Source: Myxococcota bacterium
GTDB lineage: Bacteria; Myxococcota_A; SURF-8; G963663525
Length of the DNA: 24,649 nucleotides
Assembly (NCBI GenBank): GCA_963676915.2
Contig: CAXXVK010000042.1
Location: forward strand, 1 to 24,649
Direction of reading: 5' to 3'
Shown one piece after another: positions 8,384-17,293 of this stretch. The position numbers and the translations under genes are program-made. The number at the start of each line of letters is the position of its first letter. The stretch's first letter is position 1. The notes beneath the pieces are model-generated. The model had not been told where the DNA came from. It saw nothing but the letters and a program-made list of their open reading frames with translations, and made no database searches.

Positions 8384-9418
8384 TCAGTCCCGAGCGCACC
8401 GAAATCCGATGACGCTTTCGTACATGTAAGAAGGACTGACGTTACCCCGGTAAGAGGCACGCATGTATCGGTCGGGGACTTCCCAGTTACCTCCGCGTAA
8501 CACGCGATCTTGGCATGAACAATCTTCGAGACCCCAAACTCTCCCGTCCGTCGGTGCGCTTTCGTAATCGTCATGACTACAATCCTCAACCCACTCGAAG
8601 ACGTTTCCTAACATATCGTACAGACTGAAATTGTTCGGGTCGTACTGACCCACCGGGCAGGCATCGTTTTTATTCCAACAGGCAACGTTGTCTAAGCAAC
8701 TTGAATCATCGCCGCAGTAATATGTGGTAGTTGTCCCGGCGCGCGCCGCGTACTCCCATTCTGATTCGGACGGCAGACGACCGCCCACCGCCTCACAAAA
8801 AAACTTTGCACCGTACCACGTCACGTCCGCAACTGGATGGTTCTCATATCCGTCATCCGTCGACCAGAAACCGTCCGATACGCTCAAACGCAAATTTTCC
8901 CAATCCTCATACACGCAGGGGTTATCCAAACAGTTGTTGTTCCCACGCTCGTTCAAAAACGATGCATACTGCTCGTTTGTCACCTCATACTTCGTCATCT
9001 TGAAGCCTGGTACATTTACGCTATGACGCGGATTTTCACCGGAATAACAATGATCGTCGTTCGGCGAGCAACCCATTTCGAACGTACCGCCGGGAACCGA
9101 CACCCACGTTATATCGTACTCTCCCGTTGTCGTATCGCTGTCGGTTCCGCTGTCATCTCCGTCAGTGCCATTATTTTCGTCCCCATCCGCGTTGCCAGTA
9201 GTGTCCCCATCTAAGGTACTGTCATCACCATCAGTAACGTCACCGTCTGAGGTATCTTCGTCGGAAACGATATCCCAGTCCGCCATATCCTCATCAGCCC
9301 CACTAGTAGTATCTCCGTCCGTAGTGTCGCTATCGTCATCACCTTCGTTACAACCTGAAAGGGAGATGGTCATAACGATGAGACAAAGTATAGCAAGAAA
9401 ACAATACCGATGTTTCAT
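8384..9418 (-). CDS. Lipoprotein with acidic DGD-repeat tether and FGE-sulfatase (SUMF1/EgtB/PvdO, C-type lectin fold) domain
   Basis: Lipobox LSGC. Family motifs VPGGTFEMG, ENPRHSV, YEVTNEQY, HPVADVTW, RLPSESEWEYAARAG, LYDMLGNVFEWVED, RVLRGGNW, IGFRCAR. An alternative GTG start lies at 9430. Confidence 0.9.
   Translation of the reverse strand: MKHRYCFLAILCLIVMTISLSGCNEGDDDSDTTDGDTTSGADEDMADWDIVSDEDTSDGDVTDGDDSTLDGDTTGNADGDENNGTDGDDSGTDSDTTTGEYDITWVSVPGGTFEMGCSPNDDHCYSGENPRHSVNVPGFKMTKYEVTNEQYASFLNERGNNNCLDNPCVYEDWENLRLSVSDGFWSTDDGYENHPVADVTWYGAKFFCEAVGGRLPSESEWEYAARAGTTTTYYCGDDSSCLDNVACWNKNDACPVGQYDPNNFSLYDMLGNVFEWVEDCSHDDYESAPTDGRVWGLEDCSCQDRVLRGGNWEVPDRYMRASYRGNVSPSYMYESVIGFRCARD
9120..9350 (-). 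repeat. Low-complexity Asp/Thr/Gly linker with six DGD units
   Basis: TTDGDTT, TSDGDVTDGDDS, LDGDTT, ADGDEN and TDGDDS directly follow the lipid-anchor Cys. Coordinates approximate. Confidence 0.7.
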
Positions 9419-9626
9419 GAAATACCCCACGGGTTCGATTTAGGTTAAAATTCAAATTTGAGTGAAATTACCACGGAGACAGGAGGGAACGCAAGTAAGA
9501 ACCATATCCAGTAAGTCTGAGCTACAGGAGCTTTTAAAGGATAAGGCTTGACAGCATCGGGGATCGTGCTCCAAAGTTGTATCGGATGGATTCTGAAATA
9601 TTTCACGATAGTACAAGGACGCGACG

Positions 9627-10433
9627 ATGGACGAGGTTTTGAAAAAGATCGAAAAAGTACTGATTTTCACCGCTCATGCTGACGACTGCGAGTTTTTCGC
9701 CGGTGGACTTACGGCCTTATTAGCGAGTCAGGGTGCGGAGATAACGGAAGTTATCTGCACCGACAACGGACGAGGTTCGTTCGAATTACCGACAACCGAA
9801 CTTGTCAGCCAGAGCCGCGATATCGAAGCTCGCAAGGCTGCGGAAATCCTCGGAAAAAAGCAGGTCGAATTCCTTGGGCATCCGGATGGTTTTCTCGACG
9901 AAACGCCCAAAAACGAATTGCGGCGGATTTTCATCGAGTGGATACGTCGGGTGCGTCCCGATGCCGTACTTTCTTTCGATGCCTGGGCGCCGTTTGAAAG
10001 TCATCCCGACCATGTACACGTTGCACGAGCCGCCGTGGAAGCCGTGGGTTTTGCCAATCTGCCTCTGTACCACCCAGAGCAGGTAGAAGCCGGATTGCTT
10101 CCCCACCTGACGCCCTATTGTTTCTGGTTTGCCAAAAACGAGCAACTGGCGAACTGGACGGTGGATGTCGGCGAGCATATCGATACGAAAATCCAAGCGA
10201 TTCTCGCCCATACGAGCCAGGTTCGCATGATGTTGCAGGATTACCGCAATGCCCTGACCGCCACAGGTCGCAACCTGCACCTGCTCGATCTGCTCGACCC
10301 GGAAAACGGCAACGCAGCGATGGAACTGCTGATGAAAACCTGGGCTGCAAACGTCGCGAAAGAGGAAGATTTCGAGTTCGGTGAAGCCTATCGGCGGGAA
10401 ATCGCCGGGGAATTGTTCGATCAGGCCACCTGA
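9627..10433 (+). CDS. PIG-L/LmbE-family N-acetylglucosaminyl deacetylase
   Basis: AHADD zinc motif, CTDNGRGS, RDIEARKAAEILG, PDG, RPDAV, HPDH, KIQAILAHTSQ and EAY. AAGGA RBS. Confidence 0.9.
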   Translation: MDEVLKKIEKVLIFTAHADDCEFFAGGLTALLASQGAEITEVICTDNGRGSFELPTTELVSQSRDIEARKAAEILGKKQVEFLGHPDGFLDETPKNELRRIFIEWIRRVRPDAVLSFDAWAPFESHPDHVHVARAAVEAVGFANLPLYHPEQVEAGLLPHLTPYCFWFAKNEQLANWTVDVGEHIDTKIQAILAHTSQVRMMLQDYRNALTATGRNLHLLDLLDPENGNAAMELLMKTWAANVAKEEDFEFGEAYRREIAGELFDQAT

Positions 10434-10612
10434 GACGGGGAGAAGCTACCAACTTTATAACGGATTTTGAAGCCTCGAATTTCCTTGAATGTCCTGAAGT
10501 GGCAATGGAAGCTTTGTACCTAGAAGGCTTCTCCTTGTGAACGATGGCAAAATGCGCTATCGTTTCGTGTCATTTTGCAACAGAAAAACCAACGAAGACC
10601 CTACGAGGAGCG

Positions 10613-11638
10613 ATGAAACTTCAACCGACACCGGAAAAACTGTTCGATCCGCAAGGCAACCCCATCGAAGGTATCTGGCAGGGCTTGGGACCGGCGACTT
10701 CCCAAAATGATTTCCGTGCCTGGAACCATGGTGCGTTGAAACCATTATTGACCGAAAAGCGCTGGCAGTTCATCGGGGTGTTTTCCCCGGAATATATTGT
10801 GGGACTGGCTGTCGTGGATGTCGGCTACCTTGGTATGGGGTGGATGTATCTCTACGACAGGAAAACCAAGGAACTGATCGAGTGGGAAGCGAAATCGCCA
10901 CTGGGAACCCACGTATTGGCCGAACGCGACCCGAAACGGGGGTGTTGGAGCCTGCATAAGAAAGATCAGCATCTGGAAATCCGTGCCGATGCTGAAAAGC
11001 TTTCCAGAACCGTCGAGATCGATCTTCGTCGGAAGGGAAAGCATATCAAAGGTAGGTTCGAACTTGTCGATGGTGGACAGAGCGCGTTGGCGTATCTCGG
11101 CGGAATGGCGGCGGACCGCTTCAATCTGACCTATAAAACGGCGGGATTGCTGACGAGCGGCAAGTTGACGCTCAACGATCAACCTATTGATTTTCCTCGT
11201 GATACCACACGTGGACTTGTCGATTGGACGTGGGGATGTCCAGCTCGGGAAACGTACTGGAACTGGTCTGCTTGTACAGGGTTGTTATCCGATGGTCGGA
11301 CGATCGGTTGGAACCTCGCAACAGGCATCAACGAAGGCAAAAACGTGGAAAACGCGTTTTGGGTGGATGGCGAGTTGGAAGCTTTGGGATCGGTACGTTT
11401 CGACTACGACCCAAAAAACATGATGGAACCTTGGGAGATCAAGGACGAGCACGAGCGGGTGTCTTTGCGGTTCCAGCCGGAAGGGATGCGTTCGGAGAAT
11501 ATAAATGCGTTGGTAATAAAAAGTCGTTTTTTCCAGCCTTTCGGCGTCTATCAGGGGACGATCACGAGAGAAAACGGAGAAGTTCTCTCTATCGACAATC
11601 TGCCGGGCGTTGCCGAAGAACATTTTGCTTTATGGTGA
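10613..11638 (+). CDS. DUF2804-family protein
   Basis: KRWQF, TYK, DWTWG..RETYWNW, GWNLATGINE..ENAFWVDG, QPFGVYQG and the terminal GVAEEHFALW resemble DUF2804. GAGGAG RBS close to ATG 10613. Confidence 0.75.
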   Translation: MKLQPTPEKLFDPQGNPIEGIWQGLGPATSQNDFRAWNHGALKPLLTEKRWQFIGVFSPEYIVGLAVVDVGYLGMGWMYLYDRKTKELIEWEAKSPLGTHVLAERDPKRGCWSLHKKDQHLEIRADAEKLSRTVEIDLRRKGKHIKGRFELVDGGQSALAYLGGMAADRFNLTYKTAGLLTSGKLTLNDQPIDFPRDTTRGLVDWTWGCPARETYWNWSACTGLLSDGRTIGWNLATGINEGKNVENAFWVDGELEALGSVRFDYDPKNMMEPWEIKDEHERVSLRFQPEGMRSENINALVIKSRFFQPFGVYQGTITRENGEVLSIDNLPGVAEEHFALW

Positions 11639-11642
11639 GATA

Positions 11643-14006
11643 ATGAATTGTAAAACGATGTATAGGATTTTAGGATTATTTGTACTGATTTTTGGGCTTT
11701 CGGCACTATCGGCTTGTTCCGACGATTCCGAGTCTCCCGTTGACAACGGAGGAGATTCCGACACCGAAGCTCAGGAAGAATCCGAAACCGAAACGTCTTC
11801 CGCCTATGTATGGGACGGACGGTTGGTGGATCTGGTCAACCCGTTTATCGGGACGGCTGGAATCGGTTTTACGGTCGGAAGCGCTTTGCCCGGTCATTCC
11901 GCACCGTTCGGTATGCTCAAAGTCAGTCCCGACACCGAGAAAGAATCCGGAGCCGAGCAGTGGAGCCACTGCGGCGGTTACGATTACACCGACCTCTATG
12001 TCAAAGGTTTCACGCACACCCATTTGCATGGAATCGGCATTCCCGAATACGGAAACATCCTGTTGCAGCCGATTGACGGCATGACCGCAGAAAAGACCGA
12101 TCCGAAAGTCTACCGACAGGCATTCGACCATGAGGACGAAGAAGCCCACGCGGGATACTACCGAGTCAAACTTCAGGATACCGGAATCGATGTCGAATTG
12201 ACCGGCTCCGTGCATTCCGCCTATCACCGCTATACCTTCCCGTCGGGTGTGGATTCTTCCGTATTGTTGGACCTTTCGGCGGCGTTGATCGATGGCGAGG
12301 TTACGGATTCGGAGTTGACGATCGATGCGACGGCAAAAGAAGCTTATGGCTGGGTTCACAACCTCGGTGATTTCGTCAGTCGTTTCGATGGAGTGGGCAT
12401 CTATTTCGTCATTCGTTTCGATACGGACTTCGGCACCTGGGGAACTTGGAAAAACGGAGTGCTGGCCGAAAGTCAGGCTACCGTAGAAGGCACGAATACC
12501 GGTGCGTATTTTCAGTTTCCGGGAGCGTCCGTAGTTCACGCGACGGTGGGTATCAGCTTTGTTTCGGTCGAGAACGCACGGTTGAATCTTGATACCGAAC
12601 TGAAAGGGCTGAGTTTCGACGAAGCTTTGCAGGCATCGGAAGAAGCCTGGGAAGAGTTATTGGATCAGGTTCATCTTGAAGGTGGAAACGAAGACGATCA
12701 GACCATTTATTACACGGCTTTGTATCACGCCTACCAGATGCCCACGCATTTTACCGACATCAACGGCGAATACCGTGGGTTCGACAAGGAAGTGCATCAG
12801 GCGGATGGCTTCACCTACTACACGGACTTTTCTATGTGGGATACCTACCGCACTTTGCATCCGTGGTTGCATACGGTAATGCCGGACAAAGCTTCCGACA
12901 TGATGAAATCCTTGCTTCTAATGGCGGAACAGGGAGAGAAGAAGCTGCCTAAATGGCCGCTGGCGATTGGCTATACCGGCTGTATGGTAGGAACCAGTGC
13001 AGATGTAGTGCTGGCCGATGCCCACCTACGTGGAGTAACCGGGTTTGATACCGATAAAGCCCTGACGTTCATGCTGTACGACGCCTATGGCAACGAAGAT
13101 ACCGGATACCACGGGCGTGGTGGCGAGGATTACGACGAAAACGGCTATCGGGCCGAGGATCTACACGGAGATTGTGTGGCGCAAACGCTGGAATATTGCT
13201 GGGATGACTTCGCTATCGGGCAGTTTGCACAATCGCTGGGAGACAACGAGATCTATCAAAAAATGGAAGAGCGCCGTAAATATTACAAGAACCTCTGGCA
13301 GTCGGACGAGCAGTTCTTCATCGGGCGCGATGCGGATGGCACCTTTGATCCGGATTTTGATCCCTTAGAAGGTGAAGATTACTACGTAGAAGGTAACGCT
13401 TGGCAATATCTCTGGCTTGTGCCTCACGATGTTGCAGGGCTGATCGAGCTTTTCGGGGCGACCGAAGCGATGGTGAACAAACTCGACACGTTCTTCCTGC
13501 TTCACGAGGAAGAGACGGCGATTCGTACTCCAGACAATCCACTAAGCTTTTTGCCGCCGGATTACTACTGGCACGGAAACGAACCGGATATTCATGCCGC
13601 CTACATGTTTTTAGATGCGGGACGACCCGACCTGACTCAGAAGTGGGTACGTTGGATTTTAGCCAATGAATATCGTAACGAAGCTATGGGTTTGGCAGGA
13701 AACGACGATTGCGGCACGCTTTCGGCCTGGTATACCTTCAGTAGCATCGGATTGTTCCCATTGGCCGGTTCGAATCGGCTGTGGATCGGCTCGCCGCTGT
13801 TCGACAAAGCAGAGATCGAACTTCCAGGCGGAACGTTGACGATGACGGCTCAAAACGTTTCTTCCGAAAACGTGTACGTGCAAAGCGTCAAACTGAACGG
13901 TGAGGATGTGACGGGCAACTATTTAACACAGGATCAAATCACGAGTGGCGCAACGCTGGAGTTCGTCATGGGAGCCGAACCGGGCGATTGGTTGATGCTG
14001 CAATAA
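11643..14006 (+). CDS. GH92 alpha-mannosidase lipoprotein
   Basis: Lipobox LSAC plus acidic linker. GH92 motifs VNPFIGT, PFGM, GFTHTHLHG, AGYY, YTALYH, SMWDTYR, TLEY..DD, EGNAWQY.W.VPHD, HGNEP, GNDDCG.LSAWY.FS.IG, YVQSVKLNG. Starts 4 nt after the DUF2804 stop. Confidence 0.93.
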   Translation: MNCKTMYRILGLFVLIFGLSALSACSDDSESPVDNGGDSDTEAQEESETETSSAYVWDGRLVDLVNPFIGTAGIGFTVGSALPGHSAPFGMLKVSPDTEKESGAEQWSHCGGYDYTDLYVKGFTHTHLHGIGIPEYGNILLQPIDGMTAEKTDPKVYRQAFDHEDEEAHAGYYRVKLQDTGIDVELTGSVHSAYHRYTFPSGVDSSVLLDLSAALIDGEVTDSELTIDATAKEAYGWVHNLGDFVSRFDGVGIYFVIRFDTDFGTWGTWKNGVLAESQATVEGTNTGAYFQFPGASVVHATVGISFVSVENARLNLDTELKGLSFDEALQASEEAWEELLDQVHLEGGNEDDQTIYYTALYHAYQMPTHFTDINGEYRGFDKEVHQADGFTYYTDFSMWDTYRTLHPWLHTVMPDKASDMMKSLLLMAEQGEKKLPKWPLAIGYTGCMVGTSADVVLADAHLRGVTGFDTDKALTFMLYDAYGNEDTGYHGRGGEDYDENGYRAEDLHGDCVAQTLEYCWDDFAIGQFAQSLGDNEIYQKMEERRKYYKNLWQSDEQFFIGRDADGTFDPDFDPLEGEDYYVEGNAWQYLWLVPHDVAGLIELFGATEAMVNKLDTFFLLHEEETAIRTPDNPLSFLPPDYYWHGNEPDIHAAYMFLDAGRPDLTQKWVRWILANEYRNEAMGLAGNDDCGTLSAWYTFSSIGLFPLAGSNRLWIGSPLFDKAEIELPGGTLTMTAQNVSSENVYVQSVKLNGEDVTGNYLTQDQITSGATLEFVMGAEPGDWLMLQ

Positions 14007-14024
14007 CCGAAGACGTTCGATACG

Positions 14025-16124
14025 TTAGCGGCTGGTAGTTTCCGAAGGGTCATGCATAACGATGGTTCCTTCGGTTCCGACAAGATAGAGCTTTCCGTTC
14101 GTAACACCCGCGATGGCGTACAACGTGGCGTCGGACTCTTGTTCCAGCGCCTCGTATTCCTGCCATGCTCCGCTTCGGTCGCTCCATACCGAGCCGGAAC
14201 GGGAAACGAGCCACAATCCTTGTCCGTTTTCGCTCCACAAGTCGGCAATCTGTTTCATGTTTTCGTTGAATTGCACGGAAAGTTCCCAGAGGCGTTGTGA
14301 GGTGAATTTCCACACGCTTCGGGTGGTCAGGACATAAAGATCTCCCTCATTGCTTAGGTGAAATTTCAATGGAGCGTCACTGAAGGGGAAGGTAAAAGCG
14401 GTCCATTGTTCACCGTTCCATCGTAATCCGCCACCAGCATGAATCGCGAAAGCCAGATTCGGCGCGAGGGAAACCACATCGATCAGGTCGTTTTCGGTAG
14501 GTGATGCTACCGAACTCCAGGAACTGCCGTTCCAATGAGTGATCGATCCTCCCTTGCCGACCGCCCAGGCATGGTCTGTCCCGCAACCGTGAATTGCCGA
14601 TGCCTTGATGGGCAATTCCGGCCAGCCGTCCAATCCATGCACGGTGGCTACGGAGCCGTCCCAATGGTACATTTTGCCTTCACCGCAACCGGCCCATACG
14701 TCGTGCCCTGTGACCGCCCAGAGGGACTGAATATCCCAGTCGGAGACGAGTATGTAAACGTGTCCGTGGCGAATTTGTGCGAACATGCCTCCTGCGATGT
14801 AGACATCGTATTCGTTAACGGCCACGACCGATGAAAACGATGTGTTCACCAACCCGCTGCGGCCTCCCCAGTTTTCACCGTTGTATTCGAAGATACGACC
14901 GTTGGAAGTTCCGACAAGAACCGTTTCTCCGAAACCACCGATGGCTGTCAGGCTGGGAATCGCGTCATCCGCAGGATCGTAAACTCTCCAAAATTCCTGA
15001 ATATCCTCTCCGATACGCATCACCCGTCCCGTGTCTCCTGAAAACCACAGGCTACCGTCATCCGCCTCGTAAAAATCGAACCAGGCTTTCTCGTCGGGCA
15101 AACGGGCGAATTCCACACACCCCTCGCTTTCTCCTTCGCGGAACCAGATGATCGGGTCGAGCAGGCGGTTGTCTTCGGCATTGTGTGCATAGGCTAGAAT
15201 GCGTCCCTCTGGATCGATTCGAAGCTTTTCGACATTTTGAAGGCAGGCAATGTCGGGAATGAAATCCTTCATCAACGTACCTTCATGGTTTAGAGCGAGG
15301 ATTTCGTAGTCTCTGGCATAGAGTGAATCGGGTTTCAGGCTTTGATTGGTCTCTATCTCGACCGGTTCTTCTCCCCAGTTGAGGGCGAACGGACTCCAGT
15401 TGCCATTCGTTTCCATTCCACTCAAAATTCCCAAACAGGCTTCGGTACGATCCCAGCCGAAAGACCCGAAAGTCAGAGGGAAAGAAAGCTGTTGCCAGGC
15501 TCCTTCCGAATACATGCCGAGTCCACCGCTACGGGTTGCAGCGAAAAGTTCGAGGTCCGAATCCCGAGTTCGAAAATCGAACAGTTCCGCTTCCAGCGAT
15601 TCCGGCAATTCGACGAGATTCCAGCGGTTGCCGTTGTAGTGCAGAACGCTTGAATTCGAACCGAGTTCGATGACCCAGACGGCGTTCTCACCATTTCGGC
15701 GGATTTCGGAGATGGGACCGAGCCTGCGGGGGGCGATAAAATCGTTCTTAAAGCGACAGAAACGGTCGGAAGTACAGGTTCGTTCCACCTGTAAACGGTA
15801 GTCTGTCCAATACTCGCTCCATTCTCGTTCCAGCTCTATCCGTTCAGGTTCGCTTTCCTCAACAGGTTCCTCGTCCAGATCGAGTTCTTCCTCCCACTCG
15901 TAGGGCTGGTCGATTTCTTCGAGGATTTCTTCCATGAAGTCCGGGTCGATGTCAGCATCTGCTGTTTCCTGATCGGATTCCACCCAGGTGTCCGTTTCCT
16001 CCGAATCAGCCATCGTAGAGGATTTGGATTCGGAACATGCAACGATTCCCATGAAGAAAAACAAAATCATCATGAGAAGGGCAGCACCGTTGGATTGTCG
16101 AGAGGTGGGGGCAATCATAAACAT
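14025..16124 (-). CDS. Lipoprotein with acidic tether and Trp-rich beta-propeller-like repeats
   Basis: Lipobox IVAC and a Glu/Asp-rich linker. Repeated aromatic-[ND]-G-x-x-W units (HYNGNRW, EYNGENW, HWDGS, HWNGSSW, RWNGEQW) with WAVG/WAG/YLVG-type blade motifs. Confidence 0.75.
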   Translation of the reverse strand: MFMIAPTSRQSNGAALLMMILFFFMGIVACSESKSSTMADSEETDTWVESDQETADADIDPDFMEEILEEIDQPYEWEEELDLDEEPVEESEPERIELEREWSEYWTDYRLQVERTCTSDRFCRFKNDFIAPRRLGPISEIRRNGENAVWVIELGSNSSVLHYNGNRWNLVELPESLEAELFDFRTRDSDLELFAATRSGGLGMYSEGAWQQLSFPLTFGSFGWDRTEACLGILSGMETNGNWSPFALNWGEEPVEIETNQSLKPDSLYARDYEILALNHEGTLMKDFIPDIACLQNVEKLRIDPEGRILAYAHNAEDNRLLDPIIWFREGESEGCVEFARLPDEKAWFDFYEADDGSLWFSGDTGRVMRIGEDIQEFWRVYDPADDAIPSLTAIGGFGETVLVGTSNGRIFEYNGENWGGRSGLVNTSFSSVVAVNEYDVYIAGGMFAQIRHGHVYILVSDWDIQSLWAVTGHDVWAGCGEGKMYHWDGSVATVHGLDGWPELPIKASAIHGCGTDHAWAVGKGGSITHWNGSSWSSVASPTENDLIDVVSLAPNLAFAIHAGGGLRWNGEQWTAFTFPFSDAPLKFHLSNEGDLYVLTTRSVWKFTSQRLWELSVQFNENMKQIADLWSENGQGLWLVSRSGSVWSDRSGAWQEYEALEQESDATLYAIAGVTNGKLYLVGTEGTIVMHDPSETTSR

Positions 16125-16587
16125 TCTTCGATGAATATCCGATATTTTGCAACTATTGAGAAATAATACTCTATTTCTTGTTAAAAAGGTATAAATTTCA
16201 TGATGTTACGGAGAGGACGCCAAAACCTATTCGAAAAAAGTTACGGTTAACGTAATAAAAACGTAAATCAAATAGAACAAATGCTTGAATTATACGTTGA
16301 TTTATGAAATGATTTCAGTCCGTGAATATGTTGCAGTTGCCCGAAAAACATGAAAGTTTTCGAGGGGATGCGACGGGTTCAAAAATCGTGACACAAACCG
16401 GCGTTTTAAGTCGTTTGGCACTTTGGGGGGAGAACGACATTCGATGATTCTTCGGATGTCGGACTGTGCTGGAAAAATGGATCGATTGTAATTTCCTTCT
16501 TGCAAATGCTTGAAGCCGGTGTTACATTTTTTAAAGCTGGTGCCGAATCCAATCAATACAGATTCGGCAAAAGGAAAGGGAAGCCTG

Positions 16588-17181
16588 ATGAGTCATAAAT
16601 ATGCGATCAAGCGTAAGGGGAAAACGCTTGGCATCAAAGATGACGAACAACTCACAGGTTTGGTGAAGAGGGGGAAAATCAAACCGGAAGATCGAGTCTA
16701 TGTACTTGAAGAAAAGCAATGGGTAAGCGCCGAAGATATTCCCGCTACCCAGGGACTTTTCCAAGACTTGCAGGATGTGTCCACATCGACGATCAGTCTG
16801 CCGGTAATGAATCTATCCATTGATTCCGGTAGCTACGATGACATGCAAGCTCCTCCCGAAAGCGAATCCGATTCGAATCTGGATCTAGGACCGAAAGCCA
16901 CACAAAGTGGAATCCATCGCATCGAGCAGACTGAAGAACGCAATTTCCGTCGCACGATGATCGTTACGGCTGTTAAAGACCAAAAAGCCGTCAAAAAGGT
17001 CCAAACCACAAACCAACGCTATTACAAGTTCGGCGCGGCCTTGCTGGTGGTCGTCGTATTGGCATTGACCGGTATCTTTATTCTTCGAGAACATGCCAAC
17101 CAATTGACCAACGAGCAGTTTTCCCAGGTTCAAACGGTGGATATCGAAAACGAACAAGACATCATGATCAAAGACAACTGA
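16588..17181 (+). CDS. GYF_2 (DUF4339)-like single-pass membrane protein A
   Basis: N-terminal YAI..KT..I...QL..LVKRGKI..EDRVY...EKQWVSAEDIP resembles GYF_2. Disordered linker, then TM FGAALLVVVVLALTGIFIL. Purine-rich RBS before ATG 16588. Confidence 0.65.
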   Translation: MSHKYAIKRKGKTLGIKDDEQLTGLVKRGKIKPEDRVYVLEEKQWVSAEDIPATQGLFQDLQDVSTSTISLPVMNLSIDSGSYDDMQAPPESESDSNLDLGPKATQSGIHRIEQTEERNFRRTMIVTAVKDQKAVKKVQTTNQRYYKFGAALLVVVVLALTGIFILREHANQLTNEQFSQVQTVDIENEQDIMIKDN

Positions 17182-17208
17182 CATCTCTGTCGTTGTTTGA
17201 GAATATTT

Positions 17209-17237
17209 AAAAGCCCCCGAATTTCGGGGGCTTTTTT
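17209..17237. terminator. Bidirectional intrinsic terminator between convergent genes
   Basis: Perfect inverted repeat AAAAGCCCCCGAA-T-TTCGGGGGCTTTT with T tails on both strands. Confidence 0.9.
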
Positions 17238-17258
17238 GTGGTATTAGAGAGATGATCC

Positions 17259-17281
17259 GGGAGCTTTCAGAGAAAGCTCCC
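17259..17281. repeat. Perfect 10-bp hairpin just after the LVIVD gene stop
   Basis: GGGAGCTTTC-AGA-GAAAGCTCCC. It has no U tail, so it may be a 3' stabilising stem. Confidence 0.6.
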
Positions 17282-17293
17282 AATCGTTCATCA

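Noticed and set aside
8384-9418. Calling the FGE-domain protein a true formylglycine-generating enzyme or a complete DGR
   Set aside because: It lacks the catalytic CxxxxC-type motif after RGG, is a tethered lipoprotein, has no adjacent sulfatase, and no RT or template repeat lies in the window.
11706-12539. 277-aa minus-strand ORF inside GH92
   Set aside because: Antisense shadow of a well-supported gene.
16215-16342. c-di-GMP-I riboswitch-like fragments (GCCAAAACC..TTCGAAA; CAGTTGCC)
   Set aside because: The P2/P3 stems and spacing do not fit, and the GACGCAAA junction is missing at the expected place.
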